A DNA stretch of 64,000 nucleotides from an uncultured virus (IMG/VR IMGVR_UViG_3300040811_000464) (Duplodnaviria > Heunggongvirae > Uroviricota > Caudoviricetes). The notes below the pieces were generated by a model that worked only from the letters and a program-made list of their open reading frames with translations, had not been told where the DNA came from and ran no database searches. Both the position numbers and the translations under genes were made by a program. The stretch lies in IMG/VR virus record IMGVR_UViG_3300040811_000464. One strand, written 5' to 3'. The stretch's first letter is position 1. Each line of letters opens with the position of its first letter. Below, one piece after another: positions 1-10,196 of this stretch.

Positions 1-1
1 T

Positions 2-916
2 TGTTATAGAAGTTATACTGTTAATAAATTATTCGGTGAAAATCTACAAGATTTAGGCATAATTACATACCGTAAATTTACAGTTGAATATCCAAAAGAC
101 TCAGATTGGCAACCTGAATATTGGGAAGAAATTGGAAATGTGCCTTACCTCATGCCTTTAAAAGATCCACATCCAGCAGAATATGATTTTCAATTAAATT
201 CTGATTGGAATTTTCGACCAAATTCATTGCCTCATAGTTACTACAGAGGTGTTGTTGATATTGTAACAGAAAGTATAATAAAAGAAGGTGAATTTTATAT
301 GTCAGAAAAAACATGTAAACCCTTGTTTGCACATAAACCGTTTTTAGTTGTTGGCGCCCCCGGTTATCATCGATGGTTAGCGGAAGAAAAAGGTATAGAA
401 CTTTATGATGAAATATTTGATTATGGTTTTGATGATTGGCCTGATTATGAAAAACGTATCGATGCTATCGTAAATAACATAAAACGTTTGTCAGAAATAT
501 ATAAATCACCTGAAGATTATAAACAATTATGGAACAGTGTAAAAGCAAAAACACAACGCAATCTTTTTAGATATATGGCAACTGTACGAAGCGGTGCACC
601 TATGGAATCTATTATGCATCACATTGGAATAAATTCACTCGATCCTCTTGAGTATAAATTAGACAAGTTAGACAATGTTTTAACTCCCGATCATATGGAT
701 AATACAGGTAGTGAACTTCATTGGGTTTTAGATTTTTTTAGAGAAGTAGTCATAGGTTATAGAAATGACTCATCTTATATCGGCGGCGATTTGTGGGACC
801 GCTACCAAAATTACTTTTCTGTTGATGAAAGTTTAGAACAGATATGGGGAAGTAATAATGAAACATGGAAGTCTCTTATTGCTAAACGAAATTGGATAAG
901 AGGGTTTGGTAAATAG
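2..916 (+). CDS. Glycosyltransferase-like protein, 5'-truncated by the window edge; paralog of ORFs at 10105 and 34058
   Basis: Frame +2 is open from base 2. It shares the DIVTES...SEK...KPF motif and F..FD block with the two paralogs. Confidence 0.55.
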   Translation, partial: CYRSYTVNKLFGENLQDLGIITYRKFTVEYPKDSDWQPEYWEEIGNVPYLMPLKDPHPAEYDFQLNSDWNFRPNSLPHSYYRGVVDIVTESIIKEGEFYMSEKTCKPLFAHKPFLVVGAPGYHRWLAEEKGIELYDEIFDYGFDDWPDYEKRIDAIVNNIKRLSEIYKSPEDYKQLWNSVKAKTQRNLFRYMATVRSGAPMESIMHHIGINSLDPLEYKLDKLDNVLTPDHMDNTGSELHWVLDFFREVVIGYRNDSSYIGGDLWDRYQNYFSVDESLEQIWGSNNETWKSLIAKRNWIRGFGK

Positions 917-976
917 TATTTAAAAGGTTTACGAGAACCCGTCATAGAATAAATAGATGTTAGAACACATAAATGA

Positions 977-1264
977 ATGGAGAATATTATGAGTTTTTGG
1001 AAAAAGGTAAAAGCATTCTTTACTCTTGGTCCAGCACCAGTTGACGAAGATTGGGTAGTTGTTAGGAACAGAGATGCGAAGGGTAAATTTAAAGGTGATG
1101 ATAAATCGACACCTAATGTTGATGAAGCATACGTAAAAGTTAAGAAAAGTGCTAAGGGTAAGTTTAAAGATACAGATTCTAAAACACCCGGCGTGCAAAA
1201 CTCTTCGGTTAAGAAAACTGTTGCCAAAAAGAAAAAGGCGCCTCGTAAAACTACTAAAAAGTGA
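977..1264 (+). CDS. Small basic hypothetical protein with Lys-rich tail
   Basis: 95 aa; AKGKFK occurs twice; TAAATA late-type motif upstream. Confidence 0.6.
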   Translation: MENIMSFWKKVKAFFTLGPAPVDEDWVVVRNRDAKGKFKGDDKSTPNVDEAYVKVKKSAKGKFKDTDSKTPGVQNSSVKKTVAKKKKAPRKTTKK

Positions 1265-1275
1265 AGTACTAGTGC

Positions 1276-2241
1276 ATGAAACAAAAGTATATAATTGGCT
1301 TGGGTTGTAGTTGGACTCAGGGAGAAGGTGGATATCCACAAGAAGTTGTAGATGAGCATAATGGTTACACGCAACTTAGACCCGGACAAGAAGGACAACC
1401 CGACACGGATTATTACTTACGTGAACATGAATTAGAAAACAGTTGGGTCAATCAACTAACAAAATATCATTTTCCTGAGTACAAGTCTGTAAACTTAGGA
1501 ATCAAAGGTATTGGCAATACAGCCGCAGTTAATCAATTACATTTTGCTAATAATTATGATTTTACTAACGCCGAAGGTGTTGTAATTTTGATGCTAACTG
1601 GATTTGAAAGATTTGATGTCTTTCAAACAAGACCACTGGATCATTGGGGATTCAATGAACCGGACGGTTACAACAAAGGACACTTTAGACATGAGAAATG
1701 GCGTACTGCTTGGCCACTAGAAACAAAACACGGAGATTATCACTTTTGGAATTGTTATGCACGTGAATTGTGGAGCGAACAGTTTGTAGCATGTATGACA
1801 ATGACAGCACTACTGAATTTTCAAGCATGGGCTAAAGCACACAACTTTCAAATTGTTTTAGCCAACTCATTCAATCAACGCATGAATAGACATGACAATG
1901 CATTTGAAGGAGTACTTAATTGGTTAGTAGAATATGCAGGTCCTCTAGTATCACAGTTTGATTGGTCATGTTATATACACAATGATAAGGATGTTAATTA
2001 CAGTGCGTTTATGGAAAAGTTGATAGACTTAGATGGTTTGATGCCTAAGCCGGCAAGTGAGCATTGGGGAGGATTTAATGAAATATATAATCCAAGAAAC
2101 TTAAGTACGCATTCAGAGTATCTTACTAATGATGACGGAGCACATCCTACTATTAAAGGTTACAGAGTTATTGCTGATGAGTTAGCAAAATTTATTAACA
2201 AACGAGGTTACATTGAAAAAAGTCAGTTTTGTAAACCCTAA
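1276..2241 (+). CDS. SGNH/GDSL hydrolase-fold protein
   Basis: N-terminal GCSWT block, G..N block and C-terminal DGAHP. Confidence 0.65.
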   Translation: MKQKYIIGLGCSWTQGEGGYPQEVVDEHNGYTQLRPGQEGQPDTDYYLREHELENSWVNQLTKYHFPEYKSVNLGIKGIGNTAAVNQLHFANNYDFTNAEGVVILMLTGFERFDVFQTRPLDHWGFNEPDGYNKGHFRHEKWRTAWPLETKHGDYHFWNCYARELWSEQFVACMTMTALLNFQAWAKAHNFQIVLANSFNQRMNRHDNAFEGVLNWLVEYAGPLVSQFDWSCYIHNDKDVNYSAFMEKLIDLDGLMPKPASEHWGGFNEIYNPRNLSTHSEYLTNDDGAHPTIKGYRVIADELAKFINKRGYIEKSQFCKP

Positions 2242-4141
2242 CTTTCAACAAGGACCCAAAGAGTATAATGCATATTATTTGCCATACTCACCGGGCATTG
2301 TTTGGAGTTATGTGAATCAATTTGATTCTATCAACCAGCATTATGAGTTGGGTGAGTTTATATGGCGTAGAGACCCTATCGAAGAAGCAATTGAAACATT
2401 AGCAGATAGTGATATCGTAGGATTTTCAACATACATTTGGAATCGTGCATACAATCACGTCCTTGGTAGAGAATTAAAATTAGCAAATCCTGATATCTTT
2501 ATTTTTGCAGGCGGCCCTGAACCCCCGGTTACTGATCCTGATTTTTTTGAAAAGTTTCCTTATATAGATGTTGTCGTAGTGCAAGAAGGGGAACGATCAG
2601 CAAAAGCAATATTAGAAGAATTAAAAAATGACAAGCCAGACTTTACACATATACCTGGATTGCTTATTAACGTAGACGGTAAAACTATTAAAACAGGAGA
2701 ACCAGAACGTATAGAAGATTTAGATGAAATACCTAGCCCATACTTAACCGATGTATTCAAACCTCTTATGGAGAAACATCCAGAAGTTAGATGGAACGTG
2801 ACACTTGAAACAAATAGAGGTTGCCCATATCAATGTACATTTTGTGATTGGGGAAGTTTAACGTATAACAAAGTTAAAAAGTTTTGTTTAAAAAGAGTAT
2901 ATGATGAACTTGAATGGGTAGGTAAAAACGGGTGCGATTTTATTTCACTAGCAGATGCAAATTTCGGTATGTTCCCTGAACGTGATATGGATATTGCAGA
3001 TAAACTTATTGCAGTACAAAAAGAATACGACAATCCTAAAGCATATACAATTGCGTGGGCAAAAAATCAAAAACAAGAAGTTGTTGACATTGTAAAGAAA
3101 CTGATTTATGAGGGAGGCTCTAAAATGGGTCTGAACTTATCAGTTCAATCAATGGACGACGGTGTACTTGATATTATTAAACGTAAAAATTTAGAACAAC
3201 ATAAAATAGAACAGGTATTTGATTTGTGTGAAGAACATAATATACCTCTTTACACAGAACTTATCTTAGGCCTTCCCGGAGAGACTCTGAGGTCATGGAA
3301 AAACAACTTCTATTCATTATACAGAGCAGGAAATCATACAGGTATTACTATCTATCAAGCACAATTGCTTGAAAATGCTGAAATGAACCTAACACAAAAG
3401 AAAATGTTTAAGTTAGAAGGTAGAGTTGTGTATGATTATCTAGTTGGAACTTACAATGAACATGAAGTAAAAGAGGGCATCGAAGTTATTACTTCAACAA
3501 GAGATTTGCCTAGAGAACAAATGATTGAGGCACAACTTTTTAGTTGGTTTATGAATACATTCCATATCAATGGCATGACAAATTATATTAGTAGAGTCTT
3601 AGAAAAGAAACACGGTATACAATACGAAGATTTTTATGATAACTTATTAGAATTTATCAAACAAGACCCATGGATAAATGATGAAATGAATCGTATTAGA
3701 GAACATTATTTTAACTGGACTGAAAATGGTAAAATAGACCACGAACCAATACAAGGTATGGAGATACATGGTTGGAACTTAATTCATAGTACAGTTATTA
3801 ATCTACAAGGAGAAGGGAAGCATAAACAAGTGTTTGATATGATCGAAAGATTTGTCGAAGAAAGATATGGGGATTTATTATCACATGAATTATTCCAAGA
3901 CTTAATGTTGTTTCAACGTAAGTTCTTAATCAACTTTGAAGATAAAGCAGATTATCCATTAAACATACAATTTGAACATGATATCTCTGGATACTTACAA
4001 GATCAATGTGAGTTAGAAACTCCGGCAGAGTATGAGTTTGATTTCCCAGAAGATAAAGAACAGTCACTTGAAAGATTTTGTGAGCAAATCTTTTTTGCAA
4101 GGCGTAGAAATTTTGGCAAAGCATGGCTAACTAAATTATGA
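2213..4141 (+). CDS. Cobalamin-dependent radical SAM enzyme
   Basis: B12-binding-like N-domain (VGFSTYIWN, GGP, EGE) and RGCPYQCTFC (CxxxCxxC); TTG start. Confidence 0.85.
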   Translation: MKKVSFVNPNFQQGPKEYNAYYLPYSPGIVWSYVNQFDSINQHYELGEFIWRRDPIEEAIETLADSDIVGFSTYIWNRAYNHVLGRELKLANPDIFIFAGGPEPPVTDPDFFEKFPYIDVVVVQEGERSAKAILEELKNDKPDFTHIPGLLINVDGKTIKTGEPERIEDLDEIPSPYLTDVFKPLMEKHPEVRWNVTLETNRGCPYQCTFCDWGSLTYNKVKKFCLKRVYDELEWVGKNGCDFISLADANFGMFPERDMDIADKLIAVQKEYDNPKAYTIAWAKNQKQEVVDIVKKLIYEGGSKMGLNLSVQSMDDGVLDIIKRKNLEQHKIEQVFDLCEEHNIPLYTELILGLPGETLRSWKNNFYSLYRAGNHTGITIYQAQLLENAEMNLTQKKMFKLEGRVVYDYLVGTYNEHEVKEGIEVITSTRDLPREQMIEAQLFSWFMNTFHINGMTNYISRVLEKKHGIQYEDFYDNLLEFIKQDPWINDEMNRIREHYFNWTENGKIDHEPIQGMEIHGWNLIHSTVINLQGEGKHKQVFDMIERFVEERYGDLLSHELFQDLMLFQRKFLINFEDKADYPLNIQFEHDISGYLQDQCELETPAEYEFDFPEDKEQSLERFCEQIFFARRRNFGKAWLTKL

Positions 4142-4512
4142 TTACAAAAAGAATATATCTAATAGGACTTTCATCTGAAATAGCAAACATGCTAGAATAT
4201 GATGATGAAGTAATGAACGAACATCAAACTGTCTTAGAATTAAACAGAGACATAGTTGAATCTGCGAATAAAACTCTTGTTGTTCGTAGTGATGATTTTG
4301 ATTCTATTCCTGAAGATTTACGAGAAGACAGTGTTTTTATTTTAGCACACACTATAGACAAGCCTGATTACAATCCGTTAGTTATATTTGAATTCAATAC
4401 TGACTTTTATGACAAAGGTGGATTTTTATATGCTCAATCATATTTTGAAGACATGTTCGATATACAATTAAAACCAGAAGCACAGGTATTATATGAAAAC
4501 ACTATTCGTTAA
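4138..4512 (+). CDS. Hypothetical protein
   Basis: 124-aa ORF coupled to the upstream gene by ATGA overlap. Confidence 0.6.
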   Translation: MITKRIYLIGLSSEIANMLEYDDEVMNEHQTVLELNRDIVESANKTLVVRSDDFDSIPEDLREDSVFILAHTIDKPDYNPLVIFEFNTDFYDKGGFLYAQSYFEDMFDIQLKPEAQVLYENTIR

Positions 4513-5359
4513 CGGTTGCAGTTGGACATATGGCGGCGGCTTAGATCGACCTAGCAGAAAAAATCAATTCAATATGCCTTACGAACCAGGCACTAAAGAA
4601 CACCTAAATTATTTACATGATAACATTGTTTGGTCTGCTCATGTAAAAAAACTAATGAACTTTGATAGATGCGTAAATCTTGCTGAAGGTTGCGGAAGTA
4701 ATCAACGAATATGTAGAACTACATTTGACTGGGTCAATCAACAAGACGAAGAAACTTTAAAAAACACTACAGTTATCATTCAATGGTCATGTGAAGACAG
4801 ATATGAATATTATGTTCCTACTAAAGAAGAACGAGAAGACTTTCAAAAAAGATATCAAGTGTCACCTTTAAGGCGTGAAGATATTAATAAAAAACAAGTT
4901 ATAAATCATAACAACTATGATGTTTTACATAATTTAGACCGATGGGCAAAGGTAAATCCGCATAGTATTATATCTTTTACTGAAGATCATAATGACCCTC
5001 ATGTCATTAAGCAGGCACAAAGCAGATATCAAACTTACACTGACCAAGAAGCCATGTATACATGGTTATTTCATATGGGATTCTTGTATGATTTTTTAAC
5101 TAGTAAAGGAATTGAATGTTATTACTGGTATTTTAATCAATATGTTGCCGCAATGCCACAAGAAATACAAGACTACATACATGATCGTTTTCCAATGTTA
5201 GAAGATGATCTAAATCAAACTAGATGTCATCGATACAACTATGAACGTATAGGCGGCGATCCTTATGATTCTCACCCATCGCCAAAGGGGCATAAACAAT
5301 TAGGAGAATACATTGTTGCAGACATTGCAAAGAAGAAAACTATTTTACGCACTCCTTAA
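4493..5359 (+). CDS. SGNH/GDSL hydrolase-fold protein
   Basis: NGCSWT, NLAEGCGSN and DSHPS motifs. Confidence 0.65.
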   Translation: MKTLFVNGCSWTYGGGLDRPSRKNQFNMPYEPGTKEHLNYLHDNIVWSAHVKKLMNFDRCVNLAEGCGSNQRICRTTFDWVNQQDEETLKNTTVIIQWSCEDRYEYYVPTKEEREDFQKRYQVSPLRREDINKKQVINHNNYDVLHNLDRWAKVNPHSIISFTEDHNDPHVIKQAQSRYQTYTDQEAMYTWLFHMGFLYDFLTSKGIECYYWYFNQYVAAMPQEIQDYIHDRFPMLEDDLNQTRCHRYNYERIGGDPYDSHPSPKGHKQLGEYIVADIAKKKTILRTP

Positions 5360-5412
5360 CTACTAAGTATTATTATATACTAATCATTCAAAATTAAGGA
5401 GGAACCCCAACG

Positions 5413-5613
5413 ATGAGTTCAAAAGAATCACTACGCAATCGACTAGCAACATTAATGGACAGACACAGAGCATTAGATAAACAAGTTTCAGACGATTACA
5501 AAAACCGAGTTGATGATTCCATCATTCAAAAAGAAAAATTCGATAAATTACATCTTAAACGAGAAATAGAAAAACTACAAAAAGAATTGGGAATGTTAGA
5601 TAAACAAGCCTAA
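5413..5613 (+). CDS. DUF465/YdcH-like small coiled-coil protein
   Basis: L...HR.LD...K..KL.LK.EI pattern; AGGAGG SD. Confidence 0.6.
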   Translation: MSSKESLRNRLATLMDRHRALDKQVSDDYKNRVDDSIIQKEKFDKLHLKREIEKLQKELGMLDKQA

Positions 5614-6200
5614 GGGCGTACCCAAGTACCATTACGATAGATAACAACATCGCCATAAGAATTTAAAGAGACTTCTCCCTCAGAAGGATGCTGTGGTTCT
5701 TTTACACGATTTTTAGTAATACCTGTAACCTGCATAATATATCTATCTTCATCGCCTAAATTAGCGGCCATATGTTCAGTGTTTTGTTCCCATCCAAAAT
5801 ATGATCCTGCAGGCCCTGTACACACTTCATCTTCTATCCACAATTGATGGCCTTTCTTTTGATCATGTAAGAACACAATTACACGTTCAATTGGTTGATT
5901 ATCACTAATATTGTTTCGTTGTTTGTATGACATGAATCTGTCAGTATGAAATGGTAAGATTTTACCTACTTCTAGTTTGTTAATTGCAATGACAATTTTG
6001 TCTAAGAAATCAAATTGTTCTACTACTTTATGAAAGACTTCAGGCAAATCTTCAAAGCACATAGAAACACCTACATCATACCCTTTAGTTTCTACAGTTG
6101 CATTAAACTTTTCTTCATGTACATCATTTGTAAACCAAGGAAGATTCATATAATCTTCTTCAGTCCATATAACTTCTACTTTGCCTTTAATCATCTTCAC
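5610..6200 (-). CDS. Cupin/2OG-Fe(II)-type oxygenase-like protein
   Basis: LPFHTD and H.AAN motifs (HxD...H). Confidence 0.55.
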   Translation of the reverse strand: MKMIKGKVEVIWTEEDYMNLPWFTNDVHEEKFNATVETKGYDVGVSMCFEDLPEVFHKVVEQFDFLDKIVIAINKLEVGKILPFHTDRFMSYKQRNNISDNQPIERVIVFLHDQKKGHQLWIEDEVCTGPAGSYFGWEQNTEHMAANLGDEDRYIMQVTGITKNRVKEPQHPSEGEVSLNSYGDVVIYRNGTWVRP

Positions 6201-7149
6201 GTATTAAGTCGTTAGTTACACAATGAAAGCATCCGCCCAATGTAATTGCATGTCTCATAGGTAACATAGCACACTCAATGCCGTGTTTTTCTAGTTCTTT
6301 TCTAAGAGGTTCTTGTCTTTCTTCTAGTGCAACTAAATTTGAATTAACTGAGAACAAGTTCATACTTACCCAGTTTGATGAATTACGATAATTTTCATAG
6401 TGTCCAATTGGTACAGGATCTGGACACATTATGTAATCCCAATGTCTAAATGGTTCTGGTAATTGATTAACGTCTTTGACTCTGCTTGGATTGAGTAGCA
6501 TCAAACCGTCTCTGAGAAAGCACACAGTCGAGTCTAAGTGCATATAACTGTAGATACCCTCTACTGTATGTACTTTGCCATCAACAATACTTTGTAATAA
6601 ACTTGCTCCTGATTTATTACCTGAATTAGAAACTAAGTATAATAAATCATCGTTAGCACGTAATACATTAGCGGCATCAAATGCCGGCTCTGCTTCTGTT
6701 AATGCTAATACGTCTGGGTCACCTAAGCATTCTGTGTTGTAAAGATCATCACTGCGTATAATATCATATGGATGTACGTTTTCTAAATGACGTTCATATG
6801 CTTGGTACTCATTACGTCTGGCTCTTAGAGGCATAGGAGTAGCAATAGCCTTATCTTTATAAACAATAACGGAATCCCGCGGACAATAGTTGTAGTAATT
6901 ACACTCCGTGATGTCGGGCCTAACTACTTCCGCGCCTTCGTTTCTCAAAAAGTCAGCAAATGTTTCTAAATCTTCATTTGCTTCATCAACGACTATTTGG
7001 GGGTACTTCCCTGTAGGAATGTCTAGTTCATCTTTAACGTCAGCATAATTGATGTGTCGAAGGCTGGTGTCAACTTCTGGTATACGTGCATTATCTGCAA
7101 TACCAACGACTACCTTCTTTAATTTACCCCATTCATTTTTGCTGTACAT
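6187..7149 (-). CDS. Amidinotransferase (glycine/inosamine-phosphate amidinotransferase family)
   Basis: SKNEWGKLKKVVVG start, CPRD, FDAA, HLDS and GGCFHC motifs; AGGAG SD. Confidence 0.88.
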   Translation of the reverse strand: MYSKNEWGKLKKVVVGIADNARIPEVDTSLRHINYADVKDELDIPTGKYPQIVVDEANEDLETFADFLRNEGAEVVRPDITECNYYNYCPRDSVIVYKDKAIATPMPLRARRNEYQAYERHLENVHPYDIIRSDDLYNTECLGDPDVLALTEAEPAFDAANVLRANDDLLYLVSNSGNKSGASLLQSIVDGKVHTVEGIYSYMHLDSTVCFLRDGLMLLNPSRVKDVNQLPEPFRHWDYIMCPDPVPIGHYENYRNSSNWVSMNLFSVNSNLVALEERQEPLRKELEKHGIECAMLPMRHAITLGGCFHCVTNDLIREDD

Positions 7150-7172
7150 AAGTTTAACTACTCCTATGTTAA

Positions 7173-7231
7173 TATTTAGTATAAAAAAGGGCAGTCGTAA
7201 AAATATTGCAAGTGTGAAATTTTGTTAAATA
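7173..7231. promoter_or_regulatory. Divergent late-type promoters (TAAATA on both strands)
   Basis: TATTTA at 7173-7178 (minus strand) and TAAATA at 7226-7231 (plus strand), between divergent genes. Confidence 0.5.
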
Positions 7232-7260
7232 TACATGTAACGGGAGTAAACAAGCAACGT

Positions 7261-9573
7261 ATGGATTTTACACTACAGTCATTAGCAAGAAAAAATGAAC
7301 CGAAACCCAAACCACCGTCAGATGTGGGAGATGCAAGACACCATGACATGATGATGGCTATTTCTGAATATGCTAAGCCAGTACAACAAAAGAATTTAAC
7401 TCCAGTTTATGTAGACTACAAAACACGTGAAACTACTATGGTATTAGTATTGTGTCCTGAATGGTCTCCATATATGCCACCTTTTTCGTTAGCAAGACTA
7501 TCAGGTATTGCAAAAGCCGCAGGATATGAAACAACTATTATAGACTTGAACGCAATGGCGTATCAGGAATATAGAAAAGATTGGCAGCCAAACGAGAAAC
7601 TTCCGTTTAGACTTTGGGATCCATCGTCATCTTGGCATTGGCTGCCTCCTACTTACACTACTGACATTCATCCTATACTTAAACCGTTGCTTGATGAACA
7701 GATAGAAAGAATATTAGAAATGAAACCTAATGTTGTAGGCTTTTCGTTGTATTATATTTCAGAAGAACCTAGTAAGTATATGATGCAAGAAATTAAGAAA
7801 CGTGATCCAAGTATCAAAATTTCAGTAGGTGGACCAAACGTACATAAAAGTTGGTTTGCTGTTGAAGACTATTATGACTACGTTGTCATTGGAGAAGGTG
7901 AAAAGAATCTTTTAGTCATGTTAGAAGAAATCGAAGAAGGCATCGAACATGACGGACCCAAGATATTAGATCAAGCAGAAAGTGAAAGAATTAATATTAA
8001 TAACTTGCCTATGCCAGACTATGAATCAATTGATTTTAGTTTGTATGATGTACCTAACGGCGTCAACTCAGAGTTTAGTCGAGGCTGTACTGCAAAGTGT
8101 ACGTTCTGTGAGGAGACACACTTTTGGAGATATCGTCAAAGACAAGCAGTAGATTTGATTGACGAAATCGAATGGTTATATTATAATAAAGGTACAGATG
8201 TTATTTGGTTTATTGACTCGTTAATCAATGGTAACATTAAAGAATTACGTGCCTTTGCACTTGCATGTAAAGCAAAAGAATTAAAAGTCAAATGGACTGG
8301 TTATGCTCGTTGTGATAAACGTATGGACTTAGAATATCTACAAGACTTAGCAGACGGCGGTTGTATCATGTTTAACTTTGGTTGTGAGTCAGGCTCACAA
8401 AAAGTATTAGATGATATGCATAAAGGTGTAACTGTCGAGGCAATGGAACAAAACTTTATTGACTGTAAGAAAGTAGGTATATGGGGAGCAACAAATTGGA
8501 TTGTAGCATTCCCTACTGAAGACTACCAAGACTATTCAGACACTATGACATTTATGTGGCGTAACAGAAACAATAATATTAACAACATGGGATTAGGTGT
8601 TGGTTACGGTTTAGGACCCGAAACAATCGTAGGACAAAATCCACATGCATATAATGTGTCATGGCACAAATATCAAGGTCATTGGATATCAAATGACTTT
8701 AAGATGGGCGGCACACATGTAATGATGAGAGTTAAACTTATTCATATGTGGCTAGACTTTTTTCAAAACTGTACAGAAGTTCCTATTACATACCCTATTA
8801 GAGATGCGTTAAAGAAAGAACATTACCATATAATATTAGATGATGAAGAATTTCAAGGGACATTAGAATATGAAGAAGACTTTGATTATCACATTATTAA
8901 AGAAGATATAAGAGATAAGAACGGTAATTATAATGTTTTTGCTAATCATCTTGTTAATGAGATTTGGCCTTTCTTAAGAAATCTTTGGAGAGCAAGAGGC
9001 GGATACACAGCAAACATTAGATTTAATCCAGAAATAGATTTAAAAGAGTTCGGCACTCAGTATGGACCGGGTATGTTTAATGCTGAATACAATTTTAAAA
9101 TTGATCATGCTGGTCAATGGACAGCAGATTTTAAAATGAAGTTTGACCAAGTTGATAATCCATATGATGACAGAGAACCGCCCCCAGAAGGCAGAAAGGG
9201 TCCGTTCTATGCACAAGACTATTCACGTATACAAGCCAACACTGCTAAACGTGCAAGAAAATTAGCAAAAGCAGAATGGGACGTAAATGAAGGTAGATCA
9301 GGGCAAGACTTTACTGACTTGTTACGTGAAGAAGAAGAATTAAATGCAAGTATCGACTTTTCATTTGAATTAAATTGGCAAGGAACAGGAGACTGGGAAG
9401 ACTTAGATCAATATAAAGTCACATTAGCAGAAAAAGCAGAAAGACGAGATTCATCTAAAGATTTAGACTTGCCGCAAAAAGCAGAAATGGAACAAGCAAT
9501 AACACTAGATTCTATTATTAAAAAGAAACCGCAACAAGGCAGACCAAAACTTGACCCTAAATTATTACCATGA
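7261..9573 (+). CDS. Cobalamin-dependent radical SAM enzyme
   Basis: VVGFSLY, GGP, GEGE and SRGCTAKCTFC motifs; ATG 7261 preferred over TTG 7222. Confidence 0.85.
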   Translation: MDFTLQSLARKNEPKPKPPSDVGDARHHDMMMAISEYAKPVQQKNLTPVYVDYKTRETTMVLVLCPEWSPYMPPFSLARLSGIAKAAGYETTIIDLNAMAYQEYRKDWQPNEKLPFRLWDPSSSWHWLPPTYTTDIHPILKPLLDEQIERILEMKPNVVGFSLYYISEEPSKYMMQEIKKRDPSIKISVGGPNVHKSWFAVEDYYDYVVIGEGEKNLLVMLEEIEEGIEHDGPKILDQAESERININNLPMPDYESIDFSLYDVPNGVNSEFSRGCTAKCTFCEETHFWRYRQRQAVDLIDEIEWLYYNKGTDVIWFIDSLINGNIKELRAFALACKAKELKVKWTGYARCDKRMDLEYLQDLADGGCIMFNFGCESGSQKVLDDMHKGVTVEAMEQNFIDCKKVGIWGATNWIVAFPTEDYQDYSDTMTFMWRNRNNNINNMGLGVGYGLGPETIVGQNPHAYNVSWHKYQGHWISNDFKMGGTHVMMRVKLIHMWLDFFQNCTEVPITYPIRDALKKEHYHIILDDEEFQGTLEYEEDFDYHIIKEDIRDKNGNYNVFANHLVNEIWPFLRNLWRARGGYTANIRFNPEIDLKEFGTQYGPGMFNAEYNFKIDHAGQWTADFKMKFDQVDNPYDDREPPPEGRKGPFYAQDYSRIQANTAKRARKLAKAEWDVNEGRSGQDFTDLLREEEELNASIDFSFELNWQGTGDWEDLDQYKVTLAEKAERRDSSKDLDLPQKAEMEQAITLDSIIKKKPQQGRPKLDPKLLP

Positions 9574-10196
9574 AGATGAATCCAATATTACAATTAGAAG
9601 AAAGAGTATCGAATTATTTCGGTGCGCCTTATGCAGTAGCCGTTGATTGTTGTACACATGGTATTGAATTAGCATTAAGATTAATAGACGAAGGTGATCG
9701 TGGAATAAAATATCAAGTTACTTGTCCTAATTGGACATACTTGTCTATACCTATGACGTTTGAAAAGTTAGGATATGATTGGTATTTTACTTCAGAAAAA
9801 TGGCAAGAATTTTATCAGATAGGCAACACTAATGTATTTGATGCCGCAACAATGTGGAGACAGAACTCATACATACCATCAACTATTATGTGTGTAAGTT
9901 TTCAACTTAAAAAACATTTGAGTGTTGGTAAAGGCGGTATGATACTTTTAGACAATGCAGAAGATGCAGAAATCTTAAGACAGATTAGATATGACGGTAG
10001 ACCAGAATTAGAAACTGCATGGGCAGACCAAGAAATTACAAGATTTGGATATCACTATCATATGACATTTGAAACAGCACAGTTAGGCTTAGATAAATTA
10101 GACGATGCAATTGCACGTGTACCTAAACTATGGTCATATAAAGACTATCCTAATTTATCAACATACGAAATTTTTAACAAAGGGGTGCAACATTAA
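9570..10196 (+). CDS. DegT/DnrJ/EryC1/StrS PLP aminotransferase, short form
   Basis: YAVAVDCCTHG, DAA and SFQLKKHL..GKGGM (PLP Lys) motifs; only 208 aa. Confidence 0.75.
   Translation: MKMNPILQLEERVSNYFGAPYAVAVDCCTHGIELALRLIDEGDRGIKYQVTCPNWTYLSIPMTFEKLGYDWYFTSEKWQEFYQIGNTNVFDAATMWRQNSYIPSTIMCVSFQLKKHLSVGKGGMILLDNAEDAEILRQIRYDGRPELETAWADQEITRFGYHYHMTFETAQLGLDKLDDAIARVPKLWSYKDYPNLSTYEIFNKGVQH

Noticed and set aside
811..1398. Minus-strand 195-aa and 136-aa ORFs, and similar short antisense ORFs elsewhere
   Set aside because: They overlap better-supported genes on the opposite strand and have no motifs or SD.
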